A program made the position numbers and the translations under genes. Below are positions 49,129-61,666 of a stretch of DNA of 64,000 nt, piece by piece (position 1 is the stretch's first letter; every line of letters begins with the position of its first letter). The stretch is from Carcharhinus amblyrhynchos (taxonomy: Eukaryota), in assembly GCA_965287045.1 (NCBI GenBank), contig OZ336870.1:121520001-121584000 (forward strand). Reading direction: 5' to 3'. The notes under the pieces are model-generated. The model was not told the DNA's origin, searched no databases, and saw nothing but the letters and a program-made list of their open reading frames with translations.

Positions 49129-51457
49129 TTAAAACGTCAACCACAAGAAGAAACAAACAGCATTGGACAAGAAAATAGAAGACCCCAGATAGAGGGCAAT
49201 TCTCTAAAAAGGCCCATGTGCAACAGAGACCTCAAGGAAGAGGCAATAGAAGACCTCAAAGCAGAGTCAATAAAGACTCAGGAAGAGTGCACTGAAAGAC
49301 CCCAGAAGAAAGATAATTTTCAGAATGGAAACATGTCAACACTTCATTGAGGAAAGACCTGACCAACAGTGAAGACAGAGAAGTTTGCTTGAAATTGAGA
49401 CAAGTAGAAATGAGGATTCCTTTTGTGAAATGTAACCGCCCAGTAAGAACATGATGGATTCCCCTCAGAAGAAATGCAGAAATTAAAGATTTCAAAAGAA
49501 ACTCAGAACTATTGAACACAAAGAGAAACAGCAAAAAGAATTAAAGCTCTAGAGAAGACATTAAACAACAAGATAAATGACTGAAAGTTACAACACTAAT
49601 CAGGTGGTAACAATTTTCACCAGTATGGGATGACGGTGGACTTTGCAAACCAACACCCTGCACCCCAGATCTGGCTGGCTCCATTACCATTCCATCAATT
49701 TTGATGGAGGTGAATTCGTTTCTTAATGGCCCTTCTGAGCAGTTGTAAATCATAACCTGGATTCACTTTGTAAGAATCAAATTATTTTGTAAGATAAGTT
49801 CAAAAGATCTTACTTATGCTCTCTTCATGGTCCTATGTCATTCATGCATCCACAGCCCTTCCATGCCCCACTCCTTCATTGTCCATGCCCATTCATTCAG
49901 TATACATTATAGAACCAATGAGCCACATAATCACAATGGCAAGTCTTGAAATGGACTTAAAGAACACCAATGAGAAATCTTCTCGAACAAACTGGTGCTC
50001 TTACAACCCTATAAATGTATCCATCAGACAGTCATTATGATATCAATAACAGAAGTATTACTTCACTTCCCACTTCTTAATCTTGTCTAAGTAAATATCT
50101 GGACATTGAAAGGTGGAGCTCAAAGAAAGAATAACTTATGATAACTGCATAAAAATGTCAATCAAACACTTCAGCTCCACCTGAGAACATAAAACCCTGC
50201 TGAGATAATCCATCAGTGACTCTTGAACCTCAGACAAGCATTCATAATGAAGCAACAGGAATGGAGGGTAAGACATATGAGGGATATGGGCAGTGAGCAC
50301 TAGAGGATCTAACACAGAGATGGACATTTTAACCATTTTGCCTTGGCATTCACGCAACTTCATGACTGGCCCTAAACTGTCACCAGTGGGGTAGCCTCAT
50401 TCCATTCCATTCCCTCCCAGAATGAAAATATGGCTGACAGACGCCCTTTTAAAGGAGATGGGTCTGCTGTGTTGGGGAATTTCCTGACTTGAGCTTCCTG
50501 CCTTAATGGCAAAAAACTTGTCCTAGATTTCAATGCATGCTGACATTTTATGAAGCTACAAGGGTTGAATGCAAAATTGGCCGTGGGATGAAAGAGGTGA
50601 TAATGAATTGGCTGTCCATTCTGAGAATTAGAATGACAGAGTTTCAAAATAGTGATGATATAAAGAAAAATCATGTGCTGGAAACGTGAAATAAAATTAG
50701 AAAAATCTGACAATGTCCAATGCCCAACCAGCATCTTAAAGAGGAAAGGTGGGCTAATGTTTAATTAGAACTGAAAGGTCTCGCCTGTGTTAACTTATAG
50801 TTTCCTTTTAGATGCTGCTTAGCCTTGCAGCATTCTTGACATTTTTTCCGTTTTTACTTTAGAGACAAAATAATATTTATTAAAATTGTCCATTGGTGCA
50901 GAGTTCCAATAATAACAGCTGAGTCAGATCTTTAACTAGATAAAATATAATAAACTCACTGGAGAAATGGCCATTTTAACTAACCTGATACCCAAAAGAC
51001 ACTCTCTTTCTCAGAGCATGATTCGCACATTTGATTAAACTGAAATGTGGAAATCCTGGTAATCCAGATAGTGCTAGAAATAAAGCTGGCTTTACAGACA
51101 TGTCCTCAATGACCACCAGGAATAATCTATAATAGAAAAATGTGAATAAAGAACTTTGCTACCCCATATCATATCAGACATCGGGATTAACCAAAACACC
51201 TGGTTAGCTAAATCCACCCTCATTATCTGATAATTGGATTCAACATCTAAAAGGTTATACTTTCCACAGGATCAAAGGGAAAGGAATATGAGTAAACAGG
51301 TGAAAAAAAATCAGGGGCAAGCACATTGAAAAGTACATTTCCAGCATTTTATGGGGTAGAACTTAACTTGGAACTCCCCTCTGGCAATTGGTCAAAATAA
51401 AATTGGGTAGTCCTGAACGCAAATGGAATTCTATGCATCGGGCCCTCAAAATATGAT

Positions 51458-51583
51458 GGCCGGAATTTTACCGGTCTGCCCATCATGGTAATCTGAACAG
51501 GCCAGGGGCCGAGCATGAGAAGGTCCATTGACCTCGGGCAGGGTTTATGGTTTTGGGACGAACAAAGCCATAAAATCCTGCCC
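51458..51583. mobile_element. MITE family B copy
   Basis: TIR GGCCGGAATTTTA...TAAAATCCTGCCC. Confidence 0.7.
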
Positions 51584-51695
51584 TATTCATTGCGCAATAG
51601 CGTTCTGATAGCAATAATACTGTGCCTTTGATCAGGAGTGATTAGAGAACAGCAACTTCAGAGGCCGCCACCAAAATCTTGCTGGCATTTATGTC

Positions 51696-51875
51696 GACTG
51701 GGTTTTACGGCCCCACTGATGGTGTACCACCATCATGGGCATTCCAGAGGTAAGGGTGCGTTCAATGGGAAACCCTGTTGACAATGGTGGGACCATAAGA
51801 TTGCACCATTGGTGAATGGTGCACCACTTCCTTCTGCCATAAAACACACTACGGGGGGGCAGGGAAATTCCACCC
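51696..51875. mobile_element. Harbinger-like MITE (third family)
   Basis: Termini GACTGGGTTTTAC...GGAAATTCCACCC with internal quasi-palindromes. Related sequence at about 18631-18806. Confidence 0.5.
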
Positions 51876-53129
51876 ATCATCTGACATTGGAGTTTGCAAT
51901 TATCATTGGTCTTGCTATAAGAGCAATTAACTCTGTCAATATTTTCATACTATTTTCATGCAATATTGCTCCTTGGAGACGTGTAAATGAGATAAGCAAA
52001 ATTGTTCATCCAAAGGGTCTATTGCTTATTGCAAACTAATACACTTTCACAAATGAACATATGGAGTGATCCTAGCTCTATTGGGGCTGAGACAGAACAG
52101 AGGCTGCACAAAATAGGATAAGCTGTTGGAAGAGGGTGGAGGAGGATGAGAAGAATGGCTCTCAGCAGAATGCCATATCTATCCAGAGGGTAGGATTTTC
52201 TGGCCACATGCTCCCTAAAACCAGAAAATTCCATCCAAGATCAATAAACCTTTTCATGGTCTGATCCTCGCCCACTAGGAATCCAGTGGCAGACAGAATG
52301 GGAAAATTTGCTGTGGAGTGCTCGGAAAACAATTCTCCAACCTCAAACTCAACAAGGAGCAGTGTATAAAACATCCACAAGAACTTCTTTTCTGAAATAT
52401 GTTATTTCCTACAGCCCCAACCTCAGTGCAGGTCACAGTGCTATAGAGGTAGCCTTCACCTTTATGCGTGTGTCTCCTTCCGGACTGAAGTGGAAGATAC
52501 TTGTCATCCACTGTTTCTACTCAATGAGAGCTTATTACGTTTCATCCTGTCTTGCCAGATACAAGCAGGCAAAGTGAGCAAGTGGAGCTTACTTTCCACG
52601 TAAGAAAAGTCAATAGAAGGAGTGCAGGTTTCCCATGGGAGAGGACCTCCTTGACTGCACACATATTGCTTTGTGAGTGCCACATGCCAACACAGCCCTA
52701 TACCAAAATAAAAAGAGATTCGGTTCCCTGAACACCTAGCCCATAAGATCATACATAATAGATCATGCAGGTCAGTGCTCAGAATACTGATGGTGGCCAT
52801 GGTGTCTTCATTCTGTGACAGTCTTCTATAGCAGCTGTTAATGTGTCACCTTATCCTTCGAGAGAGAGAAGTGCATCAGTGAGTTTGGTGCAATCCAATA
52901 TTTATTCCTGTTCAATAGTTGACTGTGTGGGCAAACTGGATGAAGCTGGTATCAGACTTACAGCTGAATAAATTATGTGAGGGTGAAGTGACACAGATAA
53001 ATCTGAGGTATGAACTCGCGTTGATAAAAATTATTGGTGGGTGAGAAATCCCAGATATGGGGATTAGAAGAATGCCTGATGCTAGTGGGGCATCTGTTAA
53101 GATATGGCATTTGAAGAAACGTTCATTGA

Positions 53130-53250
53130 TCTTGAACTTTCATGTAAGGTTATTGAACTTGTCGTAGACCTGCAACCAGTTTCATCACTGAGGCCTCCAG
53201 TGCCGTGTCAGAAAAGCTTGGCACTCACTCTCCCCTGCGTTGTGCCATTT
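53130..53250 (-). pseudogene. Internally deleted Harbinger Myb/SANT remnant
   Basis: Minus strand reads MAQRRGE*VPSFSDTALEAS, then in another frame WLQVYDKFNNLT. Confidence 0.5.
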
Positions 53251-54784
53251 TTCAATGTTTCCTCAGACTGAACCACTTGCTGCATGGCCACCAGAACTTA
53301 CTCTAGTTACAATACACCGGCCCTTTAAGATATCCAGGCTGGCTTTAAAAAGTACAGGCTACCTTTAACTAGCCACTCACAATATGGCCCCCTGATCAGC
53401 AAATTAGCAGAACAGCTAGCACCGGCTGGACGCTGAACATATTAGAATAAGCTAATGGGACAAAGGTGGCATGACGCCCACAGCACAATCAATGGACATG
53501 GCTTAATTGAGCATTGCAATCCTTGTGCCCACTTTTGGGGGCAATTGAGTTTAGTCCTCAGTAAATCTGAATTGAAAATGGCATCATGTGTCTGTGATGT
53601 CTCTGGGAGGTTTCTTTTGCTCTGCGACTAAGTTATTGCAGAGTTGGCCAGCAGTTGCATTACAACTACATATAGAAGATAGAACATAGAACACTACAGC
53701 ACAAACAGGCCCTTTCTTGTTCCTAGTTTCAAATCTTCTGTGGCCTTGCATGGCATAACATCTCTAACCTTCTCCTTGACCAAACATTTTGCCACCTGTC
53801 TCAACATCCCTTTTTGTGCATTGGTGTCAAATTTTGTTTTGGTCCATTTTCATCCTCGGACTTCACCTGGGCCTGGTTTCCTACATTGCTCCGACTACAG
53901 TGATTTTGACAGTCACGACCTCTGTCCAAGTGCTTGGGGCCATCTGTGATGTACTCACCAGATTTTGACCCCGAATCTGATTGTGAGCACTTGTCACCAT
54001 ATCTGTGCTGGTGGAGAATGCAGGGGAATGATATGATGCTGCACCCTTTGAAGACCATTCCTCCTCAGAGGAGGAGAACAGCTGGCTTCTCTGATTTCAC
54101 TGGCTACCTGCCCTTTGGGAGTGCAGAGACGTGCATGAGAGGACTCAGAGTTCAGAGCTTTACTCCACCTTCCATCTCTAGATGTGCTGAGGAGCTCACA
54201 CATGCCCGATGCCTCCTCACTCTCTTCGGTTGACGCTCCTGTCTTGCCATCAGCAATCACATGGACTTCTAAGTTCCACGGCTGCTGCCTCTGCCAAGGT
54301 CAGAGGTCAGATATCAGTGTCTGCCCTCTTCTTAGGTGTTCCTGTGTCTCTTGTGTGCAGAAGGAAGAAGAATATGGTTTCTTCACAAAGACTAGAATAA
54401 AGATTATGCTGCTGGCAGCCCTAAGACCCATAACGGGGGCTCCTGTTATGCATCCTTCATACATCCGCTCTCTAGGACATGGTGAAAGTGAGCAAAGACA
54501 CACAGCAGGCTGTTATTGTAATGTCAGCATACATCAGAGAGGACCTGCTGCTGCCTCACTCCATGGCCCTTACCGCTTTGGTCACTCTGTCTCCATGTAA
54601 TGCACCGTTCCACATTGCCACATGCAAGCTGCAAAAGGAAAAGCAGTGTAGAGGAATCACCCCGGCAGAGTAAAGGAGGCCATTGACGTGTTTGAGATGT
54701 TATATCCGGGATAAAGGGACTGACCCCACAGCTTGCTTGTTTTTTTAGCTGCAATCTTTCTGAAACCTTGGTTCAATTCCATTA

Positions 54785-55045
54785 AGAATCCCATGGGGCT
54801 ATTTAGAGGAAGAGTAGGGGAGTTATTCTTGGTCTCCTGGCTAATATTAATTCCTCAATCAATATCACAAAAAAGACCAGATTACCTGAATATTATTAGG
54901 GTGCTGTTTGTGGGAGCTTGCTGTGTGCAAATTGATTCTTCATTTCCTATGTTACAACAAGTGACTACACTTCAAAAGCACGTCACAGGCTGTTAGGTGC
55001 TTTGGATATCTGTTGGTCATGAAAGGCACTGTCTAAATGTGTATT
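54785..55045 (+). mobile_element. Deu-domain SINE (SacSINE1-like) 3' part
   Basis: ATCCCATGG..CTATTT..GGAAGAGTAGGGGAGTT, TGCTGTTTGTGGGAGCTTGCTGTGTGCAAATTG, GTGACTACACTTCAAAAG, and an L2-type end. Confidence 0.75.
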
Positions 55046-55409
55046 CCTTAGCTGTTGAATATAAACACCACTGACTCAGAGCTGAACCAGAACAAAACAA
55101 AGTACAGTCACTATTTGCTGAAGTAAACTAGCTTTGAGACTGACTAAACTTCAACCCTTAGGAAATACTAGATAGTATGCCACTGATGTTTGTTTGGCTG
55201 TGGACTTTTGCAATACTATTTTTATTGGTGCACCTTGTCTAAAGCCAAAATTATAAACAACAACTTTGTAAAAACTCAAGTTATTTTGATGGTTCCCGAG
55301 CAGATATTTAAATAATTACGCTTCAGAGATGCTCAGATTTCCCTCAATTAAATATGAATTCTATTACTCATAACATCAAGGCTATATACAAAATGAACAA
55401 AACAGTTGG

Positions 55410-55550
55410 GGGCGGGGGGGGATTTTCCGACAGTTCACATCCCGTCACCACTGCAAGCAAGGATAGAGACTTTGACAGCCAGCCAAATCTTTGTTCACTG
55501 CAACAGGTCCAGAGAATCCCGCTGGTGTGAATGGCCAGAAAATTTCGGCC
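55410..55550. mobile_element. MITE family A copy (opposite orientation)
   Basis: Reverse-complement similarity to 4-140. Ends AAAATTTCGGCC. Confidence 0.6.
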
Positions 55551-55591
55551 AGTGTTTTCTTGTCTAGTCTAAAGATTGTATAGTCTAAAGA

Positions 55592-55797
55592 AGGTTAGGT
55601 AGTATTGGTCATGCTAAATTGCCCCTTAGTGTCCAAGCTTAGGTGAATTAGCCATGGTAAATGTGTGGGGTTACAGAGGGGTGAGGGTGTGGTGTTGTTG
55701 GTGGGTTTGGGTAAGATGCTGTTTCAGAGAGTTGGTGCAGGCTTGATGGGCCAAATGGCCTCCTTCTGCAAAGTAGGGATTCTATGCTTCTATGATC
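55592..55797 (+). mobile_element. HE1-like SINE 3' half
   Basis: ATGCTAAATTGCCCCTTAGTGTC core and GGGCCAAATGGCCTCCTTCTGCA..GGGATTCTATG tail. Confidence 0.85.
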
Positions 55798-55927
55798 TAG
55801 GATGGATTACACACTCAATATGAGAGATAATCCCAAAAATCCAATTTGTGTTCCAACACTTTAGCTTTCACAAGCAACAATCCAAGCTATATCTGTTTTT
55901 CAAGATAAGGTCCCAGGTTATCACACT

Positions 55928-56210
55928 AGAATAATAGAATCATAGAATCCCGACAGTGCAGAAGGAGGCTATCTAGCCAATTGAGCCTGCACTGACAAAG
56001 ACCCACCCGGCCTCCTGACTAGAGTAATTTAGCATGGCCAAATCACCTAACCCACACATCTTTGGACCATGGAAGGAAACCAGAGCACCCAGGGAAACCC
56101 ATGCAGACATGGGGAGAATGTACAAACTCCAGGCAGAGAGTGACCCAAAATTGAACCTGGGTTTCTGGCGCTGTGAAGCAGCAGTGCTAACTACTGTGCC
56201 ACCATGCCAC
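55928..56210 (-). mobile_element. HE1-like SINE
   Basis: Head, core and (ATAGAATC)n tail as in the other copies. Confidence 0.9.
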
Positions 56211-56761
56211 CTCACAAGCAGCACAGAGGCACAAACTGGAACCTGGGGCCCTCAGATTAATCTGTTTGTGCTTTGCCGACTGAACTACCGGGGCTCTGTC
56301 CTCAGGAAGTGCCCTAGACTCTAAAGGCAGAAAACGTCCTGTGAAAATAGCTTCACCACTGTTTCTCTGTGTGAAAGTTTCCATAATGTTGGAAGTGGCG
56401 GTACATTTGAGTTCTTGTAATAAACATGAAGTTCGTGTTCAGGTAGTGGCAACTCCTGCCTGCCAGTTTGTTGTTTTCAGATCTTGGGCAGGTTCTAACT
56501 CAATTTTCACATATAAGATTCTTGAACAACTTAATGGGGAAAAGTAGCTGAGGTTATCTTTTTCACTGTTGCTTTACTCATGTTTTATATTCAGGTAATT
56601 CTTTAAGCCAATAATACCATTTGTTATCTTACAGGAAATTGGTTCTCGTTTCACTCTGAAGTTGAATCTGCCATGGAATATGTCACGGCGATGGGTCTCA
56701 CTGACATAATTTACATTGGGCTGTACTGAGTTTGGATTATCTGCCAAATAAGCTTCAGTGA

Positions 56762-56847
56762 GGGTAAACTTCCACAGGCATTTTGTCTTTTTTTCCCCAG
56801 AATTTCCGCAGCTCTTTTACCGAAGTAATCATTTGGGAAATTTACCC
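56762..56847. mobile_element. Tiny MITE-like element
   Basis: TIR GGGTAAACTTCC...GGAAATTTACCC (11/12 match). Confidence 0.5.
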
Positions 56848-57449
56848 CCAATATTCTTTTACTAAGCTGATGCAGCCTTTGTGGAACTCAAAATTACAAA
56901 AGTGATAAATTAATTAATCTTTCTCAAGGACTTCTATTCTTGTATCAGCTTTTTCACATTGCCCCAGTGTACGTTGAATAAAAGGATCATGTTGAATCGA
57001 AAGGTTTGGAACTGAAGAGAAATTTTAATCCTTTAAAGTAACATCATAGTTAATATCACAGTAGAATTATTCCCTTGATTTTTTTCAGCATGAAGATAAC
57101 ACTAATCCACTTTTCATTTCTGCCCAATCTCCCCATGCTAATTTGGGCTCTGTGTGTCTATTAGATAAAGGACTAATCACACGATAGAGAATACTAATTA
57201 AACAGCAAAGAAAATAGATACTCGCAAGGTTGACAACCAGGACAAGACATGTAATGGAGTGAAATATGCCTCCCTGAGAGATTCTTCATAGGTGCTGTGA
57301 TAAGAAATTATATTCATTTATTATTATAACTTCCATGTTTGATTGGAAGCTGCTCAGCTAACTAACAGCTCATCAAAATGTCACAATAGGCCATTTTCTC
57401 AATTAAACCAGATTGCCATGTCTAACCAAAAGTTTCAATTTTAAAAGGT

Positions 57450-57727
57450 TGGCACGGTGGTTAACACTGCTGCCTCATAGCACCAGAGACCTGGTTCAAT
57501 ACTGGCCTTGGATCAATGTCTGTGCAGAGAGTGCACTTCTCCTTGTATCTGCATGGGTTTTCTCTGGGTGCTCTGATTTCCTCCCACAGTCCAAAGATGT
57601 GTGGGTTAGGTTGATTGATCATACTAAATTAACCCTAATGTCAGGGGGTTTAGCTAGGATAAATGGGTGGGGTTATGGGAATAAGGCCTGAGTGGGATTG
57701 TGATCAGTACAGACTCGATGGGCCAAT
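57450..57727 (+). mobile_element. HE1-like SINE
   Basis: GGCACGGTGGTTAACACTGCTGCCTCA head and CTCCCACAGTCCAAAGATGTG core. Tail truncated at GATGGGCCAA. Confidence 0.88.
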
Positions 57728-58149
57728 TCTACGTGCTTGCAACATTGTCAATTGACCAAATTGTTTTGAAACTAAGCATTAGCCAAAGAGCAGTTAGCTG
57801 TGATTGGATTTTTACAAAGAATTGAAGCCGCTGAGACTTTCATGAATTTTACCACCAAAGGGATGTTGACCCTCGGCGATTGGATCTGATTTTACTCCCT
57901 TAATGTGGCTATGCACAGTGTCCACTGCTTATCCAAAAGGAAACAAAATGGAGAAATAAGATTATTGGCCTGAACTAGCCTTAAAATGGTGGTTCAAACT
58001 GTTTTTTTCCTATAGAGTTCTATTTGCAACACCAATTCCAGATAGAGGTATTTGAGTATATTCTTGTTGTTTGAGTATTTGACTTGTGTGGATTCTCATC
58101 ATGATAGAAGAGTCTGAGGTGGGATCAGCATGTATGTCCAGTGAATACA

Positions 58150-58760
58150 AAGAGAATAAGAACAAAGAAAGTTACGGCACAGGAACAGATCCTTCGGCCC
58201 TCCAAGCCTTCACTGACCATGCTGCCCATGTGAACTAAAACTCCTGACTCTTCTGGGAACCATATGCCTCTATTCCCATCCTATTCATGTATTTGTCAAG
58301 ATGCCCCTTAAAATCGTATCTGCTTCCACTGCCTCCTCCGGCAGTGAGTTCCAGGCACCCACCACCCTCTGTGTAAAAGACTTGCCTTGTACATCTCCTT
58401 TAAACCTTGCCCCTTGCACCTTACACTTATGCCCCTGAGTAATTGACTCTTCCATCCTGGGAAAAAGCTTCTGACTATCCACTCTGCCCATGCCCCTTAT
58501 AATCTTGTAGCCTTCCATCAGGTTGCCCCTCAATCTCTGCCATTCCTGTGAGAACAAACCAAGTTCCTCCAACTGTCCTTATAGATAATGCTACATAGCA
58601 ACATCCTGGTAAATCTCCAAAGTCCTAACCCTCCACCCTCTGCAAAGCCTCCACATCCTTCTGGTAGCGTGGCAACTAGAATTGAACATTATATTCCAAG
58701 TATGGCCTAACTAAGGTTCTGCAAATTTATAACGTGTCTTGCCAACTTTTAAACTCAATC
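58150..58760 (-). mobile_element. CR1 3' fragment, same subfamily as 44398-45511
   Basis: ORF 58285-58572 (LGLFS...RLRGNL.E.YKI.RG..RVDSQKLFP..FTQRVVGAWNSLP). The 3' UTR aligns with 44400-44520. Confidence 0.93.
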
Positions 58761-59169
58761 ATCAGTAGTCCACCTTGCCATTATTGGTTCTTTTGAGGGG
58801 ACTATTACAGTTTGCTCATCAACTGAGCACATTGGATGCTGTGAATTTGGCATTGATGTTCCTCAAGATAAGCTGAACCAAATTTCAGTGCTTGCCCCCA
58901 TGTGGGCCCGTTGGCTGCAATGTTTTTCCAAGATGGATGAGTTTGTAAGGCTCTTTTTTAGGTTCTTGTATTATTTGTACTGACTACTTTGATGTTTTTT
59001 TTGGAGACAGTTCCTAATTACAAAAACTGGCTGAAATAGTTAAATTAAGTACACAGGGGATTTTCATTCATCTCAGGCAACTAGAACCTGTAGACCTTTG
59101 CTATTTGATGGAGCAGCTTTCCCAAAGCTTTTGAAGGAGGGCATCAGATTTTTTTTGTATCTAATATTG

Positions 59170-59452
59170 AATCATAGAATACAAGAGGCCATTTGGCCCA
59201 TTAAGACTGCACCCACAACAATCCCACCCACGCCCATGCCTGCAACCCCACATATTCACCCTGTTAATCCCCCTGACACTAAGGGGCAATTTATCATGGC
59301 CAATCAACCTAACCTGCACATCTTTGGGATGTGGGAGGAAACCCACGCAAACACAGGGAGAATGAGCAAACTCCACACAGACAGTCACCTGAGGTAGGAA
59401 TTGAACATGGGTCCCTGCACTGTGAGAGAGCAGTGCTAACCATTGTGCCACC
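59170..59452 (-). mobile_element. HE1-like SINE
   Basis: Head GGTGGCACAATGGTTAGCACTGC, core, and CR1-type tail. Confidence 0.9.
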
Positions 59453-59672
59453 AAATCACCAGATCAGGTTACTAAGCTCCAATGGAAACCTTATTCAACC
59501 CTGAATTTTAGATAATTTCCCACTGTATATATAAAAATTAAAGTATGGTAGATAATGTGATTGTGGCAGAAGATGGGATAGCTTGTATATTGCACCCGCC
59601 TGAGAATCATGCATTTTGCAATTGATCTCAGCAATCTACCTCTAACGAGCTAATGCAAAGATAAATTACTGA

Positions 59673-59720
59673 ATGCTGAATATTGGATGACAAGGCTTCT
59701 CGTCATCCAATATTCAGCAT
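59673..59720. repeat. Perfect 19-bp inverted repeat with a 10-nt loop
   Basis: ATGCTGAATATTGGATGAC-AAGGCTTCTC-GTCATCCAATATTCAGCAT. Confidence 0.95.
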
Positions 59721-60287
59721 CTATCAAACATTTGTACTACTACTGCAGCACATCTTCCATCAAAAATAGGATTAGGATCTATAGGATTAGGCTATAGAGT
59801 TGGATGATCTGCCATGATCTTAATGAATGGTGGAGCAGGCTGGAAGGGCCAAATGGCCTCCTGCTCCTATCTTCTATGTTTCTATGTAAAAATATCCTTG
59901 AGATAATGACAATTTTTGCTTGCAGGGATGTAAGATGGTACTGTACGTCTCTATTTATCTGGCTTAAAATCAGAGGAACCCTGAGTCTTCTGATTGACAG
60001 ACGAGACGTCTGTCTGCACTAACAACCTCCTGCCTGAGACAGCTCCAAATAACCTGTTGCTCCAGTGAAACTTATTTATAATATTTCTTGAAAGACAGAA
60101 GTAAAAGACTGTTTGGGTGGTTCAATTTGTGCTCAAGTATTGCAATTTATTAATGCTTTCAGGTAATCAGTGATGTTGGCCAGTGCAAGATCTAACTGGT
60201 CAGTGTCCCCAGTTTCACAGCAAAGTAGCTCAGAGAGGTGTCTACAAGAATGAAGACAGCACCAGTAATTAAAGTTACTGGTATAAT

Positions 60288-60602
60288 GGGTGGCTCAGTG
60301 GTTAGCACTGCTGCCTCACAGTGCCAGGGACCTGGGTTCAATTTTGCTGTTGGGTGACTGTGTGGGGTTTGCGTGTTCTCCCCGTGTCTGCATGGGTTTC
60401 TTCCGGGTGCTCCAGTTTGCTCCCACAGCTCAAAGATGTGTGGACTCAGTTGATTGACCATGCTAAATTGCCCCTTAGTATCAGGGGTTTTAGCAGGGAT
60501 AATGTGGGGTTATGGGGATAGGGCCTGGTGGGCTTGTTTGTTGGTGTAACCTCAATGGGCTGATTGGCCTCATTCTGCATTGTAGGGATTCTATGATTCT
60601 AT
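60288..60602 (+). mobile_element. Full-length HE1-like SINE
   Basis: GGTGGCTCAGTGGTTAGCACTGCTGCCTCACAG head and GGGATTCTATGATTCTA tail. Confidence 0.9.
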
Positions 60603-60999
60603 AAAGAATGTCAAATCCAAAAGATAGAATTATTAGCAGATGCTTGATGGTAAGGCATAACTAAATCCTTCTATTTGGTAACACTTGACCCAATGTTTGT
60701 CCTGTAGGAGGTTGCCAAATACCTTTTGGAATGTAGGAAAGTCTGTCATCTCTACCATGATCCAGCAAATAACTTTCTGGGTTTTGTATACAGGGTTGGT
60801 GTTTAGTTGTTGAATGAACAATACTGAAAGATAGTAAACATATAAGAATTAGCAAAAGTCTGAATGTCAGGAGCATGTAATAAACTAGTTATTAAGCCAT
60901 CAGATAGCTGTCATTTAAGTGGGTTGTCTGATCAATGGAAGATGAAGTTGGGAAGTTCTTTGGGTTCTAGAAAGGCAAATGGGAGTTTTTTTTAAACAA

Positions 61000-61442
61000 A
61001 AATGGATTAGAAACTGAGGAGGGACAAAAGCATTAGGGTGCCCAACTATACAAAAATTGTCAAAACCTTCTGCACAGGTACAAAAAGTAATCAAATATGC
61101 AAATGAATGTTGGCCTTTATCTCAAGTGCATGAAGCATAGAAGTGAGAAGGTGATACTTCAGATACTTAAGATCCAGAACAATCATAATCTTATTATCAA
61201 GACTCGGACATTTAAGAATGAAATCAGAAAGCACTTTTTCACAAAGGGATTGTCTTGCTCCTAAAGGACTGTGGATGCTGGGTCACTGGAAAATTCCAAG
61301 ACTTGCATCAAGAGATTTTTGCTGGTGAAGTGAATCAAAGGATATGCTGGCAACGTAGATAAAAAATAAGGGTTGTGTTGCCATGTGATAAGTGAATGGC
61401 AGAACAATCTCAAGGAGCTAAACGGCCAGTTCCTCCATTCCT
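61000..61442 (+). mobile_element. Old CR1 fragment
   Basis: GCAAATGAATGTTGGCCTTTAT (AN.MLAF), GAAATCAGAAAGCACTTTTTCACA, and a 3' UTR remnant. Confidence 0.65.
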
Positions 61443-61524
61443 GGCCCTGATTCTTACACCTCCAGACAGAATCAGAAAATCAGGGTGCCATGTCAATGAA
61501 GAGATTGGAAAAAAACAATGTCTA

Positions 61525-61666
61525 GGGTGGGATTTTCCAGCCATGCATGATCCAAGAACTGGAAATTCCTGCTCGAGCTCCATAAAACCTTTTAATGGTC
61601 CACCAAGTGTTCTGTCCTGCCCATGACAATTCCTGCAGTGGATGGCAGGATGGGAAATTTCTAGTC
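61525..61666. mobile_element. MITE family B copy with a 3-bp TSD
   Basis: GGGTGGGATTTTCC...GGGAAATTTCTAGTC, with CTA at 61522-61524 and 61667-61669. Confidence 0.7.

Noticed and set aside
52690-52800. Possible Harbinger transposase motif (WARCSGNRISF resembling ARFPGS.HDSF)
   Set aside because: The flanking catalytic motifs could not be found, so the match is too weak.
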